A stretch of 64,000 nt of DNA from Phototrophicaceae bacterium. Lineage in GTDB: Bacteria; Chloroflexota; Anaerolineae; Aggregatilineales; Phototrophicaceae. Both the position numbers and the translations under genes were made by a program. Shown here piece by piece: positions 8,483 to 16,228 of this stretch. The stretch covers positions 1,295,508 through 1,359,507 of the forward strand of contig OZ250157.1 of the NCBI GenBank assembly GCA_965237765.1, in the 5' to 3' direction. The notes under the pieces are model-generated. The model saw only the letters and a list, made by a program, of their open reading frames with translations, was not told the origin of the DNA and ran no database searches. Each line of letters opens with the position of its first letter. Position 1 is the first letter of the stretch.

Positions 8483-8910
8483 TGCGTCTCTGGCCGTTTA
8501 AACGACGCCGCGCGCTCCCAGCAGGCGCCGCAAGCGCATTGCGCGCGGGCGAATTCCCGCCGAATGAATGGCAAATCGGCGCCGATTTGGAGCAGTGGTT
8601 GCCGCAACGCGCCGCGCGATCGCAAACCAGGCGTGCCCAAGCGAGCAGCGGGCGGGGCTCCTCCATGGTTCTATTGCTGGTGCTCGTGGCGGTGGCCGCG
8701 CTGGTTTATTTTGTTTTCTTGGCGCCGGAGGGAGTGAACCTCTCGACCATCTGGAATAATATCATCACGGCCATCAGAAATATATTCTTGGGTCCGAGCG
8801 CTGACACCGAAGGCACAACCGAAACCGAAGCTGAGAAACATGTCGCGCCAGCCAAGCACGCGCCGCCCGCCCTGATCACCTCTACGCCGATACCCGCCGC
8901 CGAGAGCTGA
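8482..8910 (+). CDS. Hypothetical single-pass membrane protein
   Basis: TGATG overlap with the upstream gene. Central hydrophobic segment MVLLLVLVAVAALVYFVFL. Confidence 0.4.
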   Translation: MRLWPFKRRRALPAGAASALRAGEFPPNEWQIGADLEQWLPQRAARSQTRRAQASSGRGSSMVLLLVLVAVAALVYFVFLAPEGVNLSTIWNNIITAIRNIFLGPSADTEGTTETEAEKHVAPAKHAPPALITSTPIPAAES

Positions 8911-8917
8911 GCGCCAA

Positions 8918-9688
8918 TTGCGCGGGGAACGCTACGATAGCACGCGGCAGGCCTGGGAGGATATCTGGGCGAATGCCAACGTCCCACGCGAACTGGCGAC
9001 GATGCGTTACCCGCGCGCGCAGGAAATCCTCCGCGCGTACCTCCCCTGGTTGCCGCGCGATGGCGTCATTTTGGAGGCGGGTAGCGGCCTCGGCGCGGTG
9101 CTGCTGACCCTGCAGCCGCTGGGTTACCGCGTCCATGGTCTGGATTACGCATTGGGCGCGTTGCGCGCGACGCGGGAATACGAAGCGAGCCTGCCGCTCA
9201 CCGCCGGCGACGTGCACCAGCTGCCCTACGCGACGGGCTCGCTGGCGGCTTACCTTTCCTTCGGCGTGCTGGAGCATTTTGAGCAGGGGATGGCGCCGGC
9301 CTTACGCGAGGCTTATCGTGCCCTGCGGCCGGGCGGATTGCTCGTCTTGACGATCCCCTATCCGAATTGGTTGGAGCGCGCGGTGCGCTGGCGGAAGCGG
9401 CGGCGTGGTGGCAGCGGTTTGCGCGATGATGATTTCTACGAGAGCGCCTACGATGCGCGCCAGCTACGCGCTGAAGTGGAAGCGGCCGGCTTCACCATCC
9501 GGAAGGTCTTGCCGACCTCACACGCGTACACCTTTTGGGGGTTGGGGCCGCTCTTCCGCGCGCCGGGCTACTATGAGACGAATGGCCTGGCGCGGCTCTG
9601 CGGTCGCATTGCGCGCTGGCTCTTGCCCTGGCCGCTGAATTTTAACACACTGGTGCTTGCCGCGAAACCGGAAACGGACGTGTCTTAA
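8918..9688 (+). CDS. Class I SAM-dependent methyltransferase
   Basis: ILEAGSGLGAVLL (motif I) and LRPGGLLVLTIP. The start codon is uncertain (TTG in the track). Confidence 0.7.
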   Translation: MRGERYDSTRQAWEDIWANANVPRELATMRYPRAQEILRAYLPWLPRDGVILEAGSGLGAVLLTLQPLGYRVHGLDYALGALRATREYEASLPLTAGDVHQLPYATGSLAAYLSFGVLEHFEQGMAPALREAYRALRPGGLLVLTIPYPNWLERAVRWRKRRRGGSGLRDDDFYESAYDARQLRAEVEAAGFTIRKVLPTSHAYTFWGLGPLFRAPGYYETNGLARLCGRIARWLLPWPLNFNTLVLAAKPETDVS

Positions 9689-9895
9689 TGATTTAACGGT
9701 GATGTATTAACCTTTGCGCGGACCCACTTTGAACAGAACAACTGATCTTGCGCGCCTCGGGCGTGCTCCGCTCTCGCCCCACTCCTCCAAAAGAGCTAGT
9801 CAGTGTAGATAGCATGGGTGGTAGTATGGCGTCGCCCCTTTCCTTCGTTCGCGTCGGCCCGTGGCGCTTCCTCTCCGCGCTTTGTGGGGTTAATG

Positions 9896-10144
9896 TTAAG
9901 GCGTGTCCACTTCAGCGGATTTATATTTCAGCAAACGATAAAGCCCTTTAGATGGTTTGTAAATCTTGTCAGGATATTTTTCGATAAGTTTCCAGACGCA
10001 ACCGTTGATCGTCTTGGGATGAAAGGTGGGATCTGATTCCTTAATTATTGATAGCAGTACTGACCAACAGAGACCCTCTGGATGCTGTTCCAGCAACTCC
10101 AATGCTATTGCGTTTATGCGTCCTGTAACGGTGGATTTGTTCAT
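9896..10144 (-). CDS. Small winged-helix-like protein in an AT-rich islet
   Basis: 82-aa ORF in the low-GC segment 9690-10310. The pattern ALELLEQHPEGL...KGLYRLL is reminiscent of HARE-HTH / Mrr_N-type wHTH domains (tentative). Confidence 0.4.
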   Translation of the reverse strand: MNKSTVTGRINAIALELLEQHPEGLCWSVLLSIIKESDPTFHPKTINGCVWKLIEKYPDKIYKPSKGLYRLLKYKSAEVDTP

Positions 10145-10311
10145 TTTCTATAAAAAGGTTATCCATCACCATCTACCCGAAGTGCACACAACAACTTATA
10201 CCCCTATAACTATTCCTTGCCCGCCTTCTCTAAGTCAGCAATGATGAATTTATTCATCTTTCGGGTTTAGACTATCACCGGTTTCCTTTCAGAAGCGGCA
10301 GTTACATTTGA

Positions 10312-10396
10312 CGGAGAGGGTGGGATTCGAACCCACGACGGCTTTCGCCGTACTCGCTCTCCAAGCGAGCGCATTAGGCCTCTATGCTACCTCTCC
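10312..10396 (-). tRNA. tRNA-Ser (anticodon GGA)
   Basis: Hand-folded cloverleaf: acceptor GGAGAGG/CCTCTCC, anticodon stem CTCGC/GCGAG with loop TTGGAGA, long variable arm CGGC-GAAA-GCCG, T-arm GTGGG-TTCGAAT-CCCAC. No encoded CCA. Confidence 0.9.
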
Positions 10397-10479
10397 GTGA
10401 GCATTCGAGCATCGAATGCTGGAGCAATCTAGTGTCGATTGCCTCGCCATATTAGCAATGAGGCCACCACCGCGCTAGC

Positions 10480-10597
10480 GCGTGCTGGCACCATGCAGCC
10501 GTAAGAAGCGCGTGCTGGCACCATGCAGCCGTAAGAAGCGCGTGTTGGCACTTCGCAGCGCGAGCTGGCACTTCGCAGCCGCAAGACGCCGTAAGAC
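10480..10597 (+). repeat. Dispersed repeat array, 4 modules (all T:A variant), between tRNA-Ser and the CMD-like gene
   Basis: Two 30-nt units GCGTGCTGGCACCATGCAGCCGTAAGAAGC, one 20-nt module, and one module with two CAA-type tails. Confidence 0.9.
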
Positions 10598-10649
10598 GCA
10601 CGTGCTGGGGTATGCTTGTGCTGTGAGGGATCAAGAAGGGAGGCGCGGT

Positions 10650-11237
10650 ATGCCTTACATCCGACAGGTGAGTGACGCAGAGGCACAAGGCGCCGCCAAA
10701 CGTGAACTGGATGCGGCGCGGAAGCGTGCCGGTGGCCGCGTCTGGAATATCGTGCGCATCATGACGCCCAATCCCGCTGCCCTGCGCGCTTCCATGAGCC
10801 TCTATAGTGCGTTGATGTTCGGCGAATCGCCCCTGACTCGCGCGCAACGGGAGCTGCTGGCCGTCGTCGTCAGCCGCGCCAACGATTGCCGTTACTGAAT
10901 CCACGCCCATGCCCACGACCTCCGTGCAGAGGTGCCGGGCGAGGATGTCGAGGCGGCGGATGCCTTCGTGCACCAGGTCGCGCGGGATTGGCGCGGGGCG
11001 GAGCTAAGCGCGGCCGAGCGGTCGCTTTGCGAATTCGCGGAGCGCCTCTCGCAAGACACCGGCGCGATGGGCGAGGGTGATATCCAGGCGTTGCGCGCGC
11101 AGGGCTGGGATGACCGCGCCATCCACGACGCCACGCAAATCATCGCCTATTTCAATTACATCAACCGCGTGGCCGACGCGCTGGGGGTCGAGCCAGAAAT
11201 TTTCGTGCGCCCCTGGGGGGAAAGCGACGGTCGATGA
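10650..11237 (+). CDS. Carboxymuconolactone decarboxylase / AhpD-like peroxidase-related protein with in-frame TGA (candidate selenocysteine) at 10896-10898
   Basis: Track ORFs 10482-10898 and 10932-11237 share a frame. The TGA sits at the second Cys position of the redox motif: SRANDC-R-Y-[TGA]-IHAHAHDL. ATG 10650 is preceded by GAAGGGAGG. Confidence 0.65.
10911..10940 (+). promoter_or_regulatory. Candidate bacterial SECIS-like stem-loop
   Basis: Lower stem 10911-10914/10937-10940 and upper stem 10918-10922/10929-10933. The apical loop CGUGCA starts 25 nt after the UGA. Hand-folded only. Confidence 0.3.
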
Positions 11238-11652
11238 CCAGCATCGAGAACCCCGACGTCGCGCGGGTGTTCGACCGCTACCCGGAGCCCATGCGCAAGA
11301 AGCTGCTGCACCTCCGCCAGATCATTTTGGACACAGCGTCGGAGACAGAGGGTGTCAACGAACTGGAGGAGACCCTGAAGTGGGGAGAGCCCAGCTACCT
11401 AACAGAGGGCGGTAGCACAGTCAGAATAGGCTGGAAGAAAAAGGCGCCGGAGCAGTACGCGATCTATTTCAATTGCAACACTTCACTGGTCGACACGTTC
11501 AGAGGCGTCTACGGGAATACATTCAACTTTGAGGGCACCGAGCCATCGTCTTCGGTGAAACCGACGAGCTACCCACCGACGAGTTGAAGCACTGCATCTC
11601 ACTCGTTCTGACATACCATCGTGTGAAGCACTTGCCATTGCTGGGTGTTTGA
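11234..11652 (+). pseudogene. DUF1801/YdhG-like protein gene with an apparent frameshift near 11535-11540
   Basis: The track ORF ends at 11587 with a low-complexity tail (EPSSSVKPTSYPPTS). The alternative frame continues protein-like (RAIVFGETDELPTDELKHCISLVLTYHRVKHLPLLGV*) to 11652. The family call is tentative. Confidence 0.5.
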
Positions 11653-11669
11653 ACGCTCCGTGCGCCCCT

Positions 11670-11684
11670 GGGGGGGGGGGGGGG
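11670..11684. repeat. Homopolymeric G15 tract
   Basis: Counted directly. It lies in a duplicated copy of the CMD-gene 3' end, where the original copy has G6 (11215-11220). Confidence 0.95.
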
Positions 11685-11737
11685 AATCCGGACGTAGCAC
11701 TCGCGCAGCCGTCTGCACGCAAAATGTCGTTTAAGTC

Positions 11738-12656
11738 ATGGATGAGGAGATACTGATGAACGAGCCGGCCGGGAACATCCGCCCAGATTGGGTATCGGAC
11801 GAGATGTACCCGTTTGAAAGTCGTTTTTTCCACACGCTCGATGGTCATGAGCTGCATTACGTGGACGAAGGTGCCGGTGCGCCGATCGTATTCGTGCATG
11901 GCAACCCATCCTGGTCTTTTGAATTTCGGCACCTGATCCGGGGCTTGCGGTCTGATTTCCACTGTGTAGCGCCAGATCATATCGGTTTCGGGCTCTCCTC
12001 CCGCAGTGAGCGATGGGAGGATTACCACCCCAAGGCGCATGCGGAGCGGCTCGCCGCGCTGCTCGAACAACTAGATCTTCGGGAAATCACGCTATTCCTG
12101 GTGGATTGGGGTGGCCCGATCGGGTTGGATTTCGCACGGAAGCGGCCAGAGCGGGTCAAGCGGATTGTGATTGCGAACACTTGGTGCTGGCCTGTGGCGG
12201 ATGATCGATATTATGTGATGTTCAGCGCTTTCATGTCGAGCTGGATCGGGCAACTCTTCATCCAACGTTTCAATATGTTCGTGAATCAGGTCATGCCCAT
12301 GGCGGTCGGGAACAAAGGCTGCCTGACGGCGCCGGTGCTGGAGCACTATCGCCAGGCGCAACCGACACCGCAAGCGCGGCGCGGCTGTGCGGCCCTGCCG
12401 GGGCATATCGTGGGGGCGACGGATTGGTTGGCGAGCATCTGGGGTGAGCCGGGCGAAATTCGCGGGGAAGCCGACGCTCCTATTTTGGGGCTTCAAAGAC
12501 ATTGCGTTTCGGGAGAAGGAACTCGGGAGGTGGAAATCCGAGTTGCAGGATTACGAGTTACACGAATTCCGGGACTGCGGACATTTCCTGGCGGAAGAGG
12601 CGCCGGAGCGGATGCTGCCAGCACTGCGCTCATTCATGGAAGCGCGGGGTCGCTGA
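11738..12656 (+). pseudogene. Haloalkane dehalogenase-like alpha/beta hydrolase with an apparent +1 frameshift near 12440-12450
   Basis: HGNPSWSFEFRHLI and VDWGGPIG motifs lie in frame 1. The family C-terminus (KPTLLFWGFKDIAF...FRDCGHFLAEEAPE) lies in the track ORF 12387-12656 frame. The switch occurs at a CTGGGG run. Confidence 0.7.
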
Positions 12657-12657
12657 A

Positions 12658-13377
12658 TCAGCGGCGCAAAATGCGGTAGGCATTCAGCGCGCCGCTGGCG
12701 CCATCGGCCGCGAAGGATTGCGCCAGCGAGAGGCCGCTGGCGGCGACTAGTTCACGCTCCTCTGCTCCATCGAAGTGATGGCAATAGCGGATGGCGCCCG
12801 CGGCGACATCCCCCCAAGGCAGCAGGAAATCATTCGCTTCGACCTGATCGGCGAAGGCGGGCGGCCAGGGTAGGGTGCGGCCGCGGAGGCGTGGATCCGC
12901 ACCGAAACGCCAGAAAGTGACGATGAGGACGCCATCGGCGCTCAAGCGCTCCCCCAAGGCGCGCAACAGGGCGGCGCGGCGCGCGCGGGCCGGGATGTGG
13001 TGCAGGACGCCCAGCAGGGCGATGAGCGGATAGCGGCCGTGGCGCGGTGGGTCGCTGCTGATATCACGCCATTCGAGGCGAGTCTTCGCCATTGGGAAGG
13101 TGCGCAGGGCGCGGGCTGCTTCGCGCAGGAGGGGCAGACTGGCGTCGACGGCGTGGTAGTGGAGCGGCGCGCCGGCGGGGTTGGCGCCCGCCCAGAAGCG
13201 CCCGAAGCGGCCGTTGCCGCAACCGACATCGAGCAGGCGCGCGCGGCCGCGGAGCAGGGGGAGCAGCTGTTGCCAGCCGGCCCAGGCCTGGCGGCGCGTG
13301 CGCGCGAAATCGGCCGCGTGGCGCTGGTAAAAGGAGCGGTTGATGGCCAGCAGGCGGCGGGCGGTGTCGATATTCAT
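12658..13377 (-). CDS. Class I SAM-dependent methyltransferase
   Basis: LLDVGCGNGRFG motif I, and a full-length ORF with coding-like composition. Confidence 0.75.
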   Translation of the reverse strand: MNIDTARRLLAINRSFYQRHAADFARTRRQAWAGWQQLLPLLRGRARLLDVGCGNGRFGRFWAGANPAGAPLHYHAVDASLPLLREAARALRTFPMAKTRLEWRDISSDPPRHGRYPLIALLGVLHHIPARARRAALLRALGERLSADGVLIVTFWRFGADPRLRGRTLPWPPAFADQVEANDFLLPWGDVAAGAIRYCHHFDGAEERELVAASGLSLAQSFAADGASGALNAYRILRR

Positions 13378-13404
13378 ACAGGAAGTGTAGTACGGGCGGC
13401 GCGT

Positions 13405-14784
13405 TTATCCCGAAATCGTCTCGTAGATCAGCGGCGGCGGGTCAGCACGGGTCTCGCCGATGGTGAAAGGCGAGCCGGTCGAATCGTGCGAGTTTGAGGA
13501 AGCGCTCCCTTCCCCACCGGAGAGCATCCGGCGCGCCGCGGCCAGCTGCCCTTCATCGTTGGCGTGTATTGTCAACAACGGTGCGCCTTTTTCCACCATA
13601 TCGCCCAGCTCCGCGCGCATCACCAGGCCGACGGCGGGGTCGATCACATCTTCTTTGCGCAGGCGGCCGGCGCCCAGCGCGGTGCAGGCGCGCCCGAGCA
13701 CAGGCGCATCGATCGCGTTCAGGTAGCCGCTGGCGGGGGCGGGGAAATCCTCGCGCAGGCGTGCCTGGGGCAGGCGGTGCATGTCCTCTAGCTGGCGCGG
13801 GTCGCCGCCCTGGGCGGCCACCAACTGCTGCAATTTCTCGAAGGCGCTGCCATCAGCCAGGCGCGCTTCCAGCTCGGCGCGCGCATCTTCTGGGCTTACT
13901 TTGCGCGCTTCTTGCGGCCGCGAAGTGCCGGCACGCGCCAGTTGCAACATAGCGGCGGCGACGATGAGGCAATGTTCGCGCAGGCGGGTGGGCGGATTGT
14001 GGCACAGGGTGCGGCAGGCCTCGGCCACCTCTAGCGCGTTGCCGACGGCGCGGCCGAGTGGCTGGTTCATGTCGGCGATTAAGGCGACCATATCGCGCCC
14101 GGCGGCGTGCCCGACGGCCACCATCTCCTGGGCGAGCTGACGCGCCTCGGCATATTCGGCGGTGAACGCGCCACTGCCCACTTTGACATCCAGCACGATG
14201 CCCTGTGCGCCGCCGGCCAGCTTTTTGCTCATGATGCTGGCGGCAATCAGGGGGATGCTGTTGACGGTAGCCGTCACGTCACGCAGGGCGTAGAACTTGC
14301 CATCGGCCGGCGCGAGGTCGGCGCTTTGTCCGGCGAGGGCGAGGCCGACTTTCTCCACCTGTGCGCGCATCTCCGCCACGCTGAGCTGGTGACGGAAACC
14401 GGTGATCGCTTCGATCTTATCCAGCGTGCCGCCGGAGTGGCCGAGGCCGCGGCCGCTCATCTTGACGACGGGCACGCCACAGGCGGCCACCAGCGGCAGA
14501 ACGACCAGCGTGGTCGTATCGCCCAGGCCGCCGGAAGAATGTTTATCGACGGCGTAGGGGAGCAGGTCGGACCAATCCAGCTGCTCACCGGAGGCGGCCA
14601 TGGCGGTGGTGAGGGCAGCAGTCTCGGCGCTGGTCATGCCGCGCAGGAAGACGGCCATGAGGAAGGCGGCGGCCTGGTAATCGGGCAGCTCGTCACGCGC
14701 GTAGGCCTGCACGAAATGGGAGATTTCGCTATCGCTGAGGGGGTGGCCATCGCGCTTGCGGGCGATGATATCGGTGGCTTGCAT
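13405..14784 (-). CDS. Thymidine / pyrimidine-nucleoside phosphorylase
   Basis: IIARKRDGHPLSDSEISHFV...AAFLMAVFLRGMT...DKHSSGGLGDTT...SGRGLGHSGGTLDK. Contains a 30-nt repeat insertion (ARAGTSRPQE). Confidence 0.9.
   Translation of the reverse strand: MQATDIIARKRDGHPLSDSEISHFVQAYARDELPDYQAAAFLMAVFLRGMTSAETAALTTAMAASGEQLDWSDLLPYAVDKHSSGGLGDTTTLVVLPLVAACGVPVVKMSGRGLGHSGGTLDKIEAITGFRHQLSVAEMRAQVEKVGLALAGQSADLAPADGKFYALRDVTATVNSIPLIAASIMSKKLAGGAQGIVLDVKVGSGAFTAEYAEARQLAQEMVAVGHAAGRDMVALIADMNQPLGRAVGNALEVAEACRTLCHNPPTRLREHCLIVAAAMLQLARAGTSRPQEARKVSPEDARAELEARLADGSAFEKLQQLVAAQGGDPRQLEDMHRLPQARLREDFPAPASGYLNAIDAPVLGRACTALGAGRLRKEDVIDPAVGLVMRAELGDMVEKGAPLLTIHANDEGQLAAARRMLSGGEGSASSNSHDSTGSPFTIGETRADPPPLIYETISG
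13907..13936 (-). repeat. Dispersed 30-nt repeat (C:G) in-frame in the phosphorylase gene, tail variant CAA instead of TAA
   Basis: GCTTCTTGCGGCCGCGAAGTGCCGGCACGC. The gene reads it in the one repeat frame that normally contains TAA. Confidence 0.95.
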
Positions 14785-14847
14785 GGGAGGTATCCGTGGC
14801 TGAGTTGCGTAGGATTGTTAATGATAGCGCGAGTCGGAATTTGCGGC

Positions 14848-14923
14848 GCGTGCTGGCACTTCGCAGCCGTAAGAAGCGCGAGCGATGTCCTTTATCGCCC
14901 GGCACTTCGCAGCCGCAAGAAGC
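14848..14923 (+). repeat. Dispersed repeat: one intact unit (T:A) plus one unit interrupted by a copy of the 18-bp element
   Basis: GCGTGCTGGCACTTCGCAGCCGTAAGAAGC, then GCGAG-[GCGATGTCCTTTATCGCC overlapping]-CGGCACTTCGCAGCCGCAAGAAGC. The 18-mer at 14882-14899 matches the 466-545 unit at 16 of 18 positions. Confidence 0.9.
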
Positions 14924-14944
14924 GGGCCGCTAAAAAAGCGGCGC

Positions 14945-16168
14945 TCATAAAAACCGCACGGCTACCCCTTCGCCACAGGCGCGCCAGGCCAGCGCCAAGG
15001 CCATCACCGTGTCATCGTGCGCGCCGCCGGCCGCGCCGTAGCGATAACCGCCCAGCGGCAGGCGCTCCTGCTGGTAGGCCGCCAGCTCCGCCAGCAGCGT
15101 CGGCTCGGGTTGGATGCGCAAATCATCCCGCTCGAGCGCCAGGGCCAGCGCCTCGATCAGCGGCGGCTTGTTGCGCGCCGTCGTGTAGAAGGGGCGGATG
15201 GGCAAACCCTCGTGCTGCAGCGCTTCCAGGTTGGGCTCGCCGATGCTATTCGCCTCCGCCAGCAGCAGGGCCGGCCGCCAGCGTTCGGTGAGAGCCAGGA
15301 TGCGCGAGCGCTGCAGCTCCCAGCCGATTTCGCGGAACCGTTCCAGGGCGACCATGCGGGTGACCGCTGGTGCCCCGCCCGCGCTCTCATGGGGGATTTC
15401 CAGCACGACCACGGCGGTGTAGTCATGGCTGCGGCCCCAATCGATACCGGCGACGTAATGGCCGCTGGCGCGCGGGGCGGTTGCCATGGGCGCGCTGGCG
15501 GCGCGGGCCGGTTCGCGAAAGACGCCCGCTTCGCCCGGCAGGAATTCGGCCAGGTATTCGCGGCGGAAGGTGGTATCGCGCGTGTGGCGGCGCAGCGAAT
15601 CCAACTCGGCGCGGGTGATGCGCGGGTTGTCGTAACTGGTGAAATGGAAGCTGCGCCATTCGCGCTCCGCCGGGTCTTGTCCGCGCGCGTAGCATTTGTG
15701 GAACCAGTTCAAGCCGTTGGGAGTGGAGAGCAGGAGGACGCTGCCGCGGCGGTCGATGAGCATGGGGCGGAGGATGTCTTCCCAGAGAGGCTGCGGCACG
15801 TGAGCGGCTTCGTCTACGACGAGGAAATCCAGGCCGGCGCCGCGCAGGGAATCGTGGCTGCGGGCGCTGCGGACGAGGATGGAGCCGCCGCCGGGGAAAT
15901 CCAGCCCGCGTTCGGATTGGGCGATGGTGGCGCCGCTGGTGGCCGCTTCCGCGCAGAGGGCGCGCCAGACCTGCAATGCGTTGTCGTAGGTGGGCGCCAC
16001 CCACCAGCATTCCTTTTTTCGCCGCGCCCGGGCGAATATCGCTCGCAGGCCGACGGTCGTCTTGCCGAAGCGCCGCCCGCAGGCGACGACGCGGAAGCGC
16101 TCGTCCGCGCTGGCGATTTGTTTCTGCGCGGGGTGCAGGGTGACATGGGGGAATCTGCGCGATGCCAT
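14945..16168 (-). CDS. Phage terminase large subunit-like protein (orphan)
   Basis: Walker A CGRRFGKTT, Walker B DFLVVDEAAH, and an RNaseH-like nuclease region YVAGIDWGRSHDYT...GAHDDTVMALALA. No other phage structural genes in the window. Confidence 0.8.
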   Translation of the reverse strand: MASRRFPHVTLHPAQKQIASADERFRVVACGRRFGKTTVGLRAIFARARRKKECWWVAPTYDNALQVWRALCAEAATSGATIAQSERGLDFPGGGSILVRSARSHDSLRGAGLDFLVVDEAAHVPQPLWEDILRPMLIDRRGSVLLLSTPNGLNWFHKCYARGQDPAEREWRSFHFTSYDNPRITRAELDSLRRHTRDTTFRREYLAEFLPGEAGVFREPARAASAPMATAPRASGHYVAGIDWGRSHDYTAVVVLEIPHESAGGAPAVTRMVALERFREIGWELQRSRILALTERWRPALLLAEANSIGEPNLEALQHEGLPIRPFYTTARNKPPLIEALALALERDDLRIQPEPTLLAELAAYQQERLPLGGYRYGAAGGAHDDTVMALALAWRACGEGVAVRFL

Positions 16169-16228
16169 GGCCCAGTATGGGGCGTGAGGCGGCGGGAGCG
16201 GTTGGGGGGAATTGGCCTTAGTTGGGGG

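Noticed and set aside
9690-10311. An att-type direct repeat of the tRNA-Ser 3' end at the far border of the AT-rich islet.
   Set aside because: Only a trivial ACCCAC match was seen near 9725, and no integrase is present. An intact integrated element cannot be supported.
10312-10396. Could the tRNA next to the TGA-containing gene be tRNA-Sec?
   Set aside because: The hand-folded anticodon loop reads TTGGAGA (anticodon GGA, Ser). The acceptor stem is 7 bp, not the 8 bp typical of bacterial tRNA-Sec.
14945-16168. A prophage around the terminase gene.
   Set aside because: No portal, capsid, tail, small terminase, integrase or lysis genes lie within the flanking 10 kb. The neighbours are an RM enzyme and housekeeping genes.
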